64,000 nucleotides of DNA from Spizellomyces punctatus DAOM BR117 (Eukaryota): NCBI GenBank assembly GCA_000182565.2, contig KQ257458.1. One strand, 5' to 3'. The notes beneath the pieces are model-generated. The model searched no databases. It saw only the letters and a program-made list of their open reading frames with translations, and was not told where the DNA came from. Of this stretch, positions 26,759 to 39,007 are shown piece by piece; position 1 is the stretch's first letter, and each line of letters opens with the position of its first letter. Both the position numbers and the translations under genes were made by a program.

Positions 26759-29700
26759 ATGACCGTGGTCCAATGGCGCCAGTTCACTTTTTTCGAGCGC
26801 AACGAGGTGGTGGATAACGAAGACAGCAGTCAGTCACCACAATGGCTACAAGTATGATATCGGTGTTTGGCAGCATTTTCCACCTTATGACACACAATAA
26901 TGCGGTTCAAAGGACCTGGAGATCACAGCAAGCACGAACGGAAGGGGCCATCTGTTCTTTGGAGATATCCTTTAGGAGATTTTCTGCTCATTCTAGCTTT
27001 TTTGTCCCACTAATGACGCTATTATCCTTGACTCATTCATTTCCTTCCAATACACGCGACTGGAGCTATCATCATCCTCAACCATGCGCTTTCGGTGGTC
27101 TTCTCTTTTCAAGCGCATGATCGACGTGTTACACACTTGAAGCACATGAAGTACAGAAATCAACTCGTCTCCATTGGGGTGAATTAGTGCCGTTTTTACC
27201 ACGATGCTTTTCGACGGTCCTAACTGTTCACCATGTATTGCAGGAGGATGAGAGCGGTATACCAATTGTAAAGGTGTGGAATCTGGACAAGCCGGACAAA
27301 GCTGCCAAAACGCCAATCCTGCAGCGTAGCAGTAAAATCCAATATGGCCACAAGGTCTTTCCGGTGGGTGCCCATATATTGGCAGGTTTTAAGATATCAC
27401 AGCAGTTCCTGATAAGATATATATATATAAAGGTCACAGCGCTAGCTGTATTGGAGAACATGACCCAAGTAGCCATTGGATTAGAGAATGGAGTAGTAGT
27501 ACTGATACGAGGTGACATATCAAGAGACCGGTTTACAAAGTCGAAAATAATACATGAAGGAAGCGAAATGATTACTGGTGCGGCTTACGCGACCTTGACT
27601 ACGTGGTAGAAGATCTCTGATTAAAGCAAAGCGTTACCAATCGCCGGCAGGTCTTGGTTTCTGTGAGGACGGCAAAAGCACTCGGTTGTACATTGTGACC
27701 CTTGCGCGAATCTTAACGTGTGACACTTCGAACAAAGACCTAAAGGTACGCTTGTTGTGGCTTGAATTTATAGAGAGAGACATTAAAGTTTTACCCCTTA
27801 GCAAGCACTAGACGACCAAGGAGGCGAGATAGGAGCCGTTATTCTTACAGCGCAGGAGACCAACCAAGAGATTGTTATTGGGCGACAAGAGGTTGGCTGC
27901 AATGATATAATGCGCGTCAGCAGAATACTCACTTTCATCGAAGGCAGTATATTTTTACGGGCTGGATGGGCGGGGACCATGCTTTGTGATCGATGGTATG
28001 TCTGAACCCTAACTACCAACCCGCTGATAAGAAGGGACGGGACTTACTCAAGTCATATTTTAGGGGAAAAAACATCGTTAAGTTGGTTTCGAAACTACTT
28101 GGTTGTTGTGACACGCGAATCCCGGAATGCTACGGCGCCAACGTCAGCTTTAGCGGACTACATGGGAGGAACCGGAAACGACGCCGACACAATTATACAT
28201 GCATCTCCATCTGAGACAACACCAGGGACAGTGCTGACCTTGTATGACCTTAAGAACAAATATGTGGCCTTTACCGGGACCTTGAGCGGGAGCGGATACC
28301 GTGGACAACCGATTCGGGCTGTTCTGGGCGAGTGGGGAGAGCTTTTTATAGTGACGGAAGACCGAAAGGTAGGAATTCCGTGCCATTTGATTCATCACGC
28401 CGAAGCTGAATTTGCATGCAGATGTATCGCCTGCAGGAAAAAGACATGGACACCAAGCTGGACATCTTATTTAAGAAGAATATGTACACTCTTGCAATCA
28501 ACCTGGTTATGTCAACTCAAAGTATGACCTCTGCTGATGCCACTGACGAGGATCCAGCATCCGTAACGAAGGCCACGACGAACTCGGAATATGATTTTGG
28601 AACGGTTGTAGAGATATACAAGCGTTACGGAGATTGGTTGTACTCCAAGGGGGATTACGATGCCGCAATCCAGCAATACCTTCACACCATCGGCCAGTTG
28701 GAACCTTCTTATGTCATTAGAAAATTTCTGGACGCTCAACGGATTCACAATTTGACATCGTACTTGCAAGCATTGCATGAGCAGAATCTTGCCAATGCCG
28801 ACCACACCACCCTGCTACTGAACTGCTACACAAAGTTGAAGGATGTCCAGCGGTTAGATGAGTTTGTCAAAACAGATCGAGAGCTAAAGTTCGATGTGGA
28901 AACAGCCATTCGTGTGTGCCGGCAGGGTGGTTACCACGAGCACGCATTGTGGCTGGCCAAGAAGTTTGGCGAGCACGAATGGTATATGCGAATCCAGTTA
29001 GAGGATCTGAAGCAGTACTCTGAAACTGTTGAATACCTATCGGAACTGGAGCCACGGGAGGCGGTGCGCAGTTTGGGTCGATACGGATACATCCTGGTTA
29101 CTGAAAAGCCTTCAGAAATGACCGAGGTCCTGCTAAAATTGTGTTCAGAACCACTCGCGTCCGGAGCTCAAGAGCAAAAGACGGCAGCGTTACCAGAAGA
29201 CGTAATTCATCTCTATGTCAACAGGGCTGAATGGTGTGTCCGCTTCCTGGAGCGAATATTAGAAAGGCGATGGGGTGTGATCATCGGTGGGAAAGGGAAA
29301 GGACCGGCCACTGATACGCCAGATAAAGTCCAACTGGATTCCTCACAGGACGTAATGGATAAAGATGCTGAGAGCAAGCGAATTGTCTGCAATACACTGT
29401 TAGAGCTGTACCTAGGAGCGGGGCAGCAGTCAACGTTGACGGTAACTGACGAGGTTGGTAAAAGCCACATTGACGAGTCTGCAGGATTGGTCGCAGTGGA
29501 ATTCCCGTCGAAGTTTGCTTACATGTCGTGTACCAGAATTCTGCCAATGAACAAGCGCAGATGGAGAGTGTGGACGAGACGACAAGGTTGCGCTGGCGAA
29601 ATCATGCGTTTGATCTGCTGCGTAGTCCAAGTGTAAGCGCTCTCCTCGAAGCATGATTACGTTCTACCCAAGACAGCCAATTTGTCCACACGTTTCTTGT

Positions 29701-30862
29701 AGGCAACCTACGATCTAGATCATGCACTAGTCCTTTGCAAGATGCATTCCTTTGGGGAGGGCATTCTCTACGTTTATGAGCGACTAGCACTGTGAGTTCC
29801 AGTTCAAAAGTGGTACCAATTCCGTTGACTAGTCCAAGCTCACCTAAATGCATAGCCATAAGGACATCTTGCAACAGCATATGGATGCTGAGGATTATTC
29901 TAGTATAATTGCGACTTGCAAGACCTACGGGTGAGTTTAGGGACTTGAGTTTTTCCGTGCTTTATTATGTTTTAAATCCCAGGATCTTTGTAGGGATCAA
30001 GATCCTAGTTTGTGGACACATGCCTTAGCCTATTTTGCCGAGAAGGGGACTGGTCTTGGAGGGCCGAATCCACAGGAAGACCTGTTGGAGGTTTTGGACA
30101 ACATTGATCGGCGCAATCTCCTTCCTCCATTGCAAGTAATTCAGGTGTTGGCACGGAATTCTGCCGTGACAATCGAGATGGTGCGGGACTACATTGTGAG
30201 AAGAGTGGAAGCGGAAAAAAAGGCCATTGATGAGGTTTGTACTGCCCTCCTCACTTGCATTCAATTTCGCCCACCTGTTCTTAATGTGAACGACAGTCAC
30301 AGAAATTGATCGCCAGTTACCGAGAGGAAACTGAACGTATGCGCGGGCAAATTGAGGAGTTGAAGACAAGGTGGCTACTAGCGAAATGAGAATTATGAGG
30401 CGCTTCCACCATCTACTAAGATCTGATATCTGCAAAGCCCGATTGTTTTCCAGGTGACCAAGTGTGAGCTCTGCCGACATTCACTTGAACTGCCGACGGT
30501 TCATTTTCTATGCAAACATTCGTATCACCAAAGGTTGGTTTGTGGGTGTCAACGGTCCATCCATTTACGTGAATTCAACATGCCGGTGTTTCACTACAGA
30601 TGTCTTGGAGATGCAGATCAAGAGTGCCCGCGATGTGCTCCAGAGCATCGGATGATTCAAGATTTGGTGCGCAGCCAGGAAGCGAATGCGGGACGACATG
30701 AGATATTCATGCATAAGGTGATATTTATTACTACTGCCGTGAATGAACTAGCACATCTAAACATCATCCTTTCCAAAGCTTGAAGCATCGGACGACCGAT
30801 TTGCTATTATTGCCGAATGGTTCAGCAAAAATGCATTCGCCACCGCTCGATTAACAGACTAG
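26759..30862 (+). CDS. VPS11: Vacuolar protein sorting 11 (HOPS/CORVET; beta-propeller, CHCR repeat, RING)
   Basis: QWRQFTFF N-terminus, EPSYVIRKFLDAQRIHNLTSYL, HTTLLLNCYTKLKD and RING CELC..LPTVHFLCKHSYHQRC..ECPRC. Confidence 0.97.
26965..27053 (+). other. U12-type (minor spliceosome) AT-AC intron in VPS11
   Basis: 5' splice site ATATCCTTT at 26965, branch site TCCTTGAC at 27025-27032, 3' terminal AC at 27052-27053. Removal restores GRGHLFFG-D-ATGAIIIL in frame. Confidence 0.88.
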
Positions 30863-31030
30863 AATCAACTAGTCAAAATCCCAGGAGCGGTCCAGTTCCA
30901 CGGTAGGTTGCAATTCTACCGTAGACGGAGATGGCCGCTTGTGTTGACCACGAGCTCCTTCAACGTGCAGAAACAAGCAATGGCCAAGTCATTCTCCATT
31001 TATGCGAGCATTTGAAGGTTGAAGGAAGAT

Positions 31031-31841
31031 CTATTGCGCACTCTGCATAGCTTCCTGTCGCTCCTTGTGCAGCTCCGCCACCCATCTCTTTACTGTGGGA
31101 TGCTTAAACTTTCCATCTGTTGACTTGAAAAATGAATCCAATCGCTTTCCTTCATGCCCTGTACAATAATTAGGCCTGAGTACAACGTTAACATGAGGCT
31201 CAGTGCCATTCATATCTTACGTTTTTCATACTCGACCGCTTGGACAATCATTTCAAACTTGTCCAGATCCTTAACGTACAGTGCCTCGGGACTCTCACCC
31301 GCCTCATACTCTTCCCAGAGCGCTTTGATTTCTAGTGCTTCCTTTGAGTGTCCCAATAACGTGACTAGTTCGTCCATAGCTTCCAGTTCGAGTCTATATT
31401 TCTCTTCCTTCGACACGCCACTATGAGGCGTGATGTCTCCCGCAATTGCTTCGGCAAGATCGTGGACAATGGCCATTTTAATGGCCCTCGTTCTGTCTAA
31501 GGACGGATCGTCTATAAGAAGCGCGAGGACTCCCTAATGACGAGGTAATATCAACGACCATTCGTTCAAGATCGGTTGAAGTAGGGCCAATGTAGTACCA
31601 TTCTGTGCATGTGGTCCGCAATTGACTCTGCATCGGGTATTTGCTGGTCAACCCAACCTGTTCGCTTGGTCCTCTAAGAGTTTCATGAAGGAGTATTAAA
31701 GTATGGACTACCGTAAGACGGTTTAGGACGGCCACCAACGGTCGTTTGAATAATGAATGCAAACGGCAGAAGCGAACCTCAACGTGCCTTCAAGTTTTCA
31801 ATGGTATGGAGAAAGCGCAGAACTCCTCTCGGATCAGACAT
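31031..31841 (-). CDS. HD-domain 5'-deoxynucleotidase (HDDC2/YGK1-like)
   Basis: LK/RTKRTGW, ESIADHMHRM, AIVHDLAEAIAGDITP and VKDLDKFEMIVQAVEYE. The first intron appears to use a GC donor at 31787. Confidence 0.93.
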
Positions 31842-32122
31842 GATGGAGTGCAGCGGTGTCGGTTCACAAAAAAGGACTGGCAAGCAATCGCCTACCGATG
31901 CCCGCTGGCAAAGTTCCCAAGAGACGACGATCGGAAGGTGGCTTAGCCGTTCATTAATTAAATGCCATATGCTATTAGTCGGCTGCTTGAGCACACAACG
32001 ATTAAGACTGCTGATGATTAGGAACGAATACAATTATATTTACAATAAAATTGGTTGAGAATAATAAAAATGTACAATGTAGTTACGACAACGTTCCCGT
32101 GAGTGAGTTCCATGCAAGGTTG

Positions 32123-33694
32123 CTATTTTACGTGCTCTTCCTTGAGAGCTTCATTTCGCAATTTTGGGGCCCTGACTTTACGCTGCGGTCCAGCGCCGTG
32201 ATTTGGGGTCCAAGCTCCCAACGAGTCTCTTGCGTAAAAGTCCATTGGATATCTCTGCTGCCACTCGACGCACTTCAAGACCACAGCCGCCTCGTAAGGC
32301 GTCAAGAGAGGTTTGGCGAATGCATAACCCCAGTCGATCGAAAGTCGTGGACATGCGACCTGGATCCACGCATCGATATTTCGAAATTGCTCTAGTTTTG
32401 ATGGAAATATCTCGGAAAGTAAAACGATGGTATAGGGTATCGATCGGGAATCAAATTCTGCCATTAGGTACTATCAAGACGTGAGACGACAGTGAGCACG
32501 CAGTGTCTGCATCTATAGCCTACAAACACCTGATCTGAAAGACACTCACTTTTAAAACTTTAGGACTTCCTTGTCTCCCTAGCGTCCCCATGATTATCCC
32601 AAAGCTCTTCGCATCTTTTGCTTGCTCGATTGCATGTTTGCGCAAAGCATACATTTCCTCATGTTCATATCGTTCGCGGGTGAATACTTTTGAGTAGGGA
32701 TCGTATCGGAAAGCAGGTAGGTCAGGATTGGCAATCATGATGGCTTCAAGGTGGAAGCGGCCATCTCCCAGATAACTGAGTACCATCAAAGTCAATAACA
32801 CAGTCAGCATGATATGCATGGGTTAAACTTACATCAAAACATCATGCTCTCCAAGACGGGGTGCGGTGCAGCCTAGCACCTCACCAGGCGAAAGTGGTTT
32901 TGCTTGTGGCACAACAACATGATAGTCCTTCTCCAATTCCCTTTTCGCTGCCTGCAGAGCAGTCATAAATTGAACAGTGGCGACTAGCGCGAGCTTCTTG
33001 CCCTGTTCAAAATTGTGCCGGACTGTATCCACAAAATGCGTGGAGTCGATGCCGATATCGACAAACACGTACATAGTTTTAATGGGGGTAACATCTACAG
33101 GCACTAGGCAGCTATGGCCGTAATGTACCATAAAGTCGCATCCAAGACCACGGGCGGTGAAGTCGTCAATGCAGCACGCGCCATATGTTACGTCCCCCAT
33201 CACGAGCGTCTCCACGTTGGCGAATCGTTCCAAAATGTCCACAATAGTGAGGGAAAACATGAGGAGCCCTTCCGGAAATTGCAGGGCAACCTTTTTCGCC
33301 TCTTGTCTTCTGATCTGCCATACTGTTTTATGGATTTCAAAGTTGTAGTTTCTCGGTAGTAGTTGTATAGCCTCAGTGAGCTGTGGATCGTTCAAAATGT
33401 CCTCCGGAATTTGATTCACAATACGAGAGGTTGATGAACTAGTAACAGGAGCTTAAAGTCGGAAATATTTAGGGGCAAGGTTTACGAATTGAACAACAAC
33501 AAAAAAGCCTTACCTTGAATTACGGCTGCTTCTTCTATAGCACCTCCACCATTGGTCGCATCACGCTGCGTTCGCCGTGCCACACCAACAAAGCGTCTAC
33601 GTGCTTGCTCTGTCCGCGAGCCCGGTTGAGGTAATACCTCTTCTATTTCTTCACCTTGACGTTCGCCGTCTGTTCCTGTTGCTCCAGCCGTCAT
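32123..33694 (-). CDS. DPH1: Diphthamide biosynthesis protein 1
   Basis: [49 protein letters not shown] and [12 protein letters not shown]. Confidence 0.97.
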
Positions 33695-34056
33695 TGTCGT
33701 TAAATTGGCCGCCCAACAAAAGTTCAACTCCAAAATCAAAAACAATTCAGGACCCAAATTGCTTCAGTCACATTAGCATTCTGTGACTGTGCCATAACGC
33801 GGATCCCCGCACGGAATGCGCAGCAGGTGCCTTCTCGTCGCCCTTTTGTGGTTCCGATTAATATCCCTCCTGCCTTTGAGGGGATCGTCAAGGCGCAGAA
33901 CATTCCACACCATACCAACACCTCTCGCAAGCTCCTTGCAGCTGTCTGTCGTTGACGTGGACTAGCTTTCCAATTTGGAAAGCTCGTAGCGATAACTGTG
34001 GCCACATTACCAGCCGTTGCATCCCTTTGCATCTGCCAACAAGCTCCTCCGTCAAT

Positions 34057-35524
34057 ATGGGCGGTATGTCTCTATCCTTTTCCGCAATCAACCCCAAACG
34101 ATATTTTTTCTAACTGTTTAAACTTGGTGAATTTCAAGAAGCAGAAAAAACGCTCTATGGCTTCCCGCTCAAATGGGTGTCGCTAGTCACCCTGGTGGTG
34201 CAAAACTCGGCATTGGCGCTCGTCATGTCGTACTCTCGCAAGGCAAAGCCGCCAAACGAACTGTCATACCTTGTTTCAACTGCGGTAGTCATGTCAGAGT
34301 TCATCAAGCTTGTGATTTGCTTTGCTGTATATGCAAAAGAGGAACAAGCGCTGGGTCGTCTATCGCTCCAAAAAGTCTTGAAGGACTTGTTTGGGCGCGA
34401 CAGTCATTGGAAGAAGATGACAGTGCCGGCCGTACTCTACTTTATTCAAAATAATTTGCAGTATGTTGCTGTACAGTATCTTGACCCGGCGACTTTTCAG
34501 GTACGTGTAGGATGTCTAACAGCCGGCACGGACGGAGACTCATCCATGCATATATGCAGGTGACATATCAAATGAAGATCTTGACTACCGCTCTCTTTTC
34601 GGTTTTGATGCTTGGACGCACGTTGTCTCGGCGGAAGTGGACGTCGCTAGTTCTTTTGACCCTTGGAATTGCGTTGGTGCAGATGGATGGAAAGACGACC
34701 GAAGCGAAATCCAGTGGCATGCAGCAGTTTTTGGGCCTATTGGCGGTGACTATTGCCTGTGTTCTTTCGGGCCTCGCTGGGGTCTGGTAGGTACCAAGGA
34801 TCAGACAGGTGGCCCGCTCCCCGTACTCATAAAGAGTCACATGTCTAGGTTCGAGAAGGTGTTGAAAGGAACCCAAGCATCCTTGTTCCTGAGAAACATC
34901 CAATTGAGCGTTTTCAGCTTGATCCCAGGGCTGATTTTTGGTGGTACGATGGGATGGGATGTTCTTACTAAACAAAGCAAGATGCGACATGGGTTGGCTG
35001 ACTGACATCATTTCGTTAGTTTGCCTCATGGACGGGGCTGCTGTTCGGCAAGATGGCTTTTTTCAAGGCTATAACAAGTGGACATGGGGCGCAATATCAT
35101 GTCAAGCGATCGGTGGTCTCATAGTCGCACTCGTTGTAAAGTAAGTCACCACACACTGAATGTTGGATATCACCATATTTGGCTTACCGATCGTTTGGTG
35201 GTCAGGTACGCCGACAATATTTTAAAGGGCTTTGCCACATCGCTATCCATAATTCTCTCCAGTATCGCCTCAATATTCCTCTTCGACTTTAAGATAACTT
35301 TCCTGTTCACTGTCGGGGCAGGGATTGTGTTGTATGCCACACATCTCTATGGTGAGTCATCGTACGGATCTGGCGGAAGGGCTCAACGTTTGACCTTGTC
35401 TCCCGCAGGGCTCCCCGATTCCGTCCCGGAACCCAAAAGACATAACAGCGATACCTCTCTTGCGTATGCTCCCCTGCAACAGGAAGCAACCGAGTTGCCC
35501 AGGTTCAACATGCGAAGCGTGTAG
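34057..35524 (+). CDS. UDP-galactose/nucleotide-sugar transporter (SLC35A/Gms1 family)
   Basis: [60 protein letters not shown]. Confidence 0.93.
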
Positions 35525-35658
35525 GTCCTATTATAACCAGTATATCACCAACTATCTTACGGCGACGGTTGCCTATATTTTTGTGTAAAATATATCTGTG
35601 TATTTAGCAGAATAGATATTTATCTGGCACTGTCGAGAATGTCAGTCAAGATTCATTT

Positions 35659-37533
35659 TCATAGGGTGAGCGCTTTTTGAGCCATTGCTATCGCGCCGTC
35701 CTTTGGATCGAGCATTAGACATTGAGTGACATCGGCGGCGGAAAGCGTTGATGTCTACTCACTTTGGTCTGATTTCCACCAATGAAACCACTTGCATGAA
35801 TGAAAACACATCCTGGGATCCCAGTTAAGTCGCTTAATGCTTGATCGCGAATACCCTATTTTTTGAGGATGCTCAGGATGCGTACAGACGGAGCCGGAAG
35901 TGTTCAAGTTTACACCTACCCTCCAAGGTTCCGGCAACGGCTTTCGGCTAATCGTTCAATTGATAAAATCATTAAAATTCGATTTTCCAGCACCATTGTA
36001 GGGAAAATTTAATGTACCTTTGGAATGAGTCGGGAGTGACGGGCACTGGTCGTGGGAATAAGAATTGTCAGTCTGCTTAAAGAGGCCTTCCAACCCGCCG
36101 TTCCGGTATTTACCTGCTTGAACACGCCATTGTTTTGCAGTTTCGTCCTCATACAAGACGTAAATTGGTCTCTTCTCATCGGGTATCTTCTTCTCCTCCT
36201 CAAGAATATGTCTACGTGACATGGTTGAGCCCATTTGGAATTATTTCGCTGTACCGAATCCCCTACACTTACAAGTGCTCCTTCCAAGGACAAAAGTTAT
36301 TCAGGATAAGAATATGCCCAGTTGAGCTGACTTCGACCCTCTCCTCCAGCGCCTGCTCAACCAGTTCTCGTCCCGGAAGCCACGACAGGCCTATATAGCG
36401 AACCTACAGTCCAGCTGTCAAAAACATGTCTGTCACGACAATCCGCCTGCTTGAAACACGCACCCTTTCCACAAATTCCGCCCCAACCATAGCAACTGGG
36501 TGGACGGTATACGTCATCTATCGAATAAAAGCATTTTGAAGTGACTGACAACTGACCAGCTTTTAAGAACCGCTCCTGGTAGTCTACGTTTTTCTCATTC
36601 CACCAAGGATTCAGCTTCGCCACTCGTGAGCTCGCGTTCGTCGAATCGCGATACTTTGGTTTCACATCAGACGGATATTGGGACACGCCATTGTCAATCC
36701 CATCGAACTGTGATTAAACATTTTAGCTTCTACCGTAACTGTTATTCTAAGAGGTGATACATACTGCAAGCACGAAATCGTCGTACACTTTCTGGTAAAC
36801 CACCGCCAGTTTGGGATCAGTGACCTCCCAACCTAAGACTTGGGCCACCACTTGTCTTCCAAAGTGCTTGTAGACAAGCCCGGCAGATGAAAGTCTTGTG
36901 TGCAAACAGTCATTATCAACTCCCGCTCAGCCATGATAGCAGACCAGTAGCGTACTTAATGTCGTATTGGGGACCAAACGTCTCGGTGAAACCACGTTGA
37001 TGGTGGTCAAATCTGAATTGATCAGGAATATATTCTCCTCCGACATCAACCACGATATCCGCTTTTGCAATGACAGCGGGATCACGGGAACGAACGATTT
37101 CTAAAGCATCCCTGATCACTACCTGAAGATGATAAGATGATAAAGTTCTACCTAGCACACCTGCATCCGCATATTCAGGTATCAGCCTGCAATGGTATCA
37201 TTAGTACCGTAATGGGCATGACGGCAGGTGATCTATCGGTGACAGGTTCGCCTCTCCTTATAGCCTACCTGAGCATGGAAATTGCCAAAGACTCATCGGC
37301 ATGAAAGCTGGTAGAACAACCGATACATGTGAGCATTGTGTGAGAGAAGAGGGGGCTTCCAGTACCAACCTGCCACTATGGGTTGTTATAACTTTCTGTG
37401 CACCAGATCGACATACAGAAAAAGGCCTGGTCAGCTGTCGGGCAGGTAGGCGGAGGCGACGCAACAGAAATGCCCGATTCGAAAGAATTCTAACAGGACC
37501 GAGGGTCCACCCCATTACCTTGACTGTAGACAT
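35659..37533 (-). CDS. MYG1: MYG1 3'-5' exonuclease / metal-dependent hydrolase (UPF0160)
   Basis: THSG..FHADE, VVDVGGEY..FDHHQRGF, LSSAGLVYKHFG, LNPWWNE, WRVQA and CVFIHASGFIGGN. Confidence 0.93.
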
Positions 37534-38101
37534 GCTGTACTCTTGCAATCTTCCAACGCAATGGTCCCAAAAGTCTTTCAAGTTTGGGACTTTTGGACGA
37601 TCTGAATCCATTTGCCCAAATTTGGGCATCAGTCCATAACAGGCAATGTGAATATACCAGCCACCTGCATTGAGTGATTCTGAACTTTTGCAAATCCAAG
37701 TTTCTTGACGCTCAGGCTAGCGATCATCGGTATCTTCTCAGCCTCACCGACTTTATTATAGATAGCAGTTTATGGGTCCTTGACTTGAGGTGTGTTTTAA
37801 TTACGACGTGGGATGTGAGTGATCGTTCAAAGGTCATAGAGCCGCAAATGCACACGATTTATATTTTGGCTATTTGAAAAACGACCATTTATCAAGAGTA
37901 CCTTTAGCCCGTCTCATCCTTTGGATGTACATGGCGAGAAATCAGCTTTCACTTGACCTTACACTCTGAGCTCCTTCTCTGTATGGCTGTTGGCAGCAAC
38001 TTGTCGCAACCCTAACAGTATCGTGGGTTAGTGCAAAAATCTCGACTCCAGAATGGCTGCTCTACCCAGCAGGCATAGCACAAAGCAAACACAGCAACGC
38101 A

Positions 38102-38668
38102 GGAGAGTAGTCGAGTCCTTAGCGACAAAGTTACATGAGCCGTGAGGCTGAATCATCGCAATGTCGGGCTGGTCTCCCGTACTCTCCTAACATCAGTACG
38201 GGGGCATTTCACCCCGCCAGCGGTATGCGACGTCCCCACAGCAACTGAAAACAGCCGATGCGGTGCAGGGCATTCCGACCTCCGGTATGCGACTTCCCCA
38301 CAGCGACTGAAAACCAGTCGGTGCCATGAGGGGCATTCCAGCGCGTGTGGTATGCAACGTCCACGTAGTAGTAGGGCGCTGCGATGCGGGCTGCTGGAGA
38401 GTAGTCGAGTCCTTAGCGACAAAGTTACATGAGCCGTGAGGCTGAATCATGGCAATGCCGGGCTGGTCTCCCGTACTCTCCAAACATCTGTACGGGGGCA
38501 TTCCACCCCGCCAGCGGTATGCGACGTCCCCACAGCGACTGAAAACAGCCGGTGCCATGAGGGGCATTCCGCCTTCGGTATGCGACGTCCCCACAGCGAC
38601 TGAAAACCAGTCGGTGCCGTGAGGGGCATTCCAGTGCGTGTGGTATGCAACGTCCACGTAGTAGTAGG
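38102..38668. repeat. Nested tandem repeat: two ~274-bp units (period 294), each a multi-stem head followed by three hairpin modules
   Basis: Units start at 38102 and 38396. The module core GGTATGC recurs at 38222, 38284, 38349, 38516, 38577 and 38642. Within-unit spacings of 62, 65, 61 and 65 are not multiples of 3. Confidence 0.95.
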
Positions 38669-39007
38669 AGCCCATGCTCACCCGCTGGGTATATCGGAAA
38701 CTGACCTTTTGCAGAGCGGCTGGCATCATTCCACGTAGGTTTCGGCAACAAGGAGGAGAGAGCTGGCTGGGACCGGAAGTGCACGCGGTGGGTAAAACCG
38801 CGTTTGGCGTTGATAACGCTTAGCATGTGGCTTTATGGATTACGGCATCATGATGCACGGTCGCGTCGATAATAACGCCGTACGAAGTATGCTCAAAGGA
38901 TGAGCAACTTTACTTGAGCAAATTACCTTGTTTCCACCACGTACCCTGCGCACGTTGAAGCCGGTAGACGACAACAAGAAAGCAGTACTAATGGTCTACA
39001 GCTCCAA

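Noticed and set aside
38008-38016. AACCCTAAC as a telomerase RNA template
   Set aside because: A 9-mer is expected by chance in 64 kb, and no supporting pseudoknot was seen.
38200-38668. CRISPR array
   Set aside because: Eukaryotic context, no cas genes, and the variable segments are only 6-11 nt and are themselves duplicated between units.
38142-38826. Several 67-178 aa ORFs over the repeat array
   Set aside because: Module spacings are not multiples of 3, so the same DNA is read in different frames. The ORFs are by-products of a GC-rich repeat.
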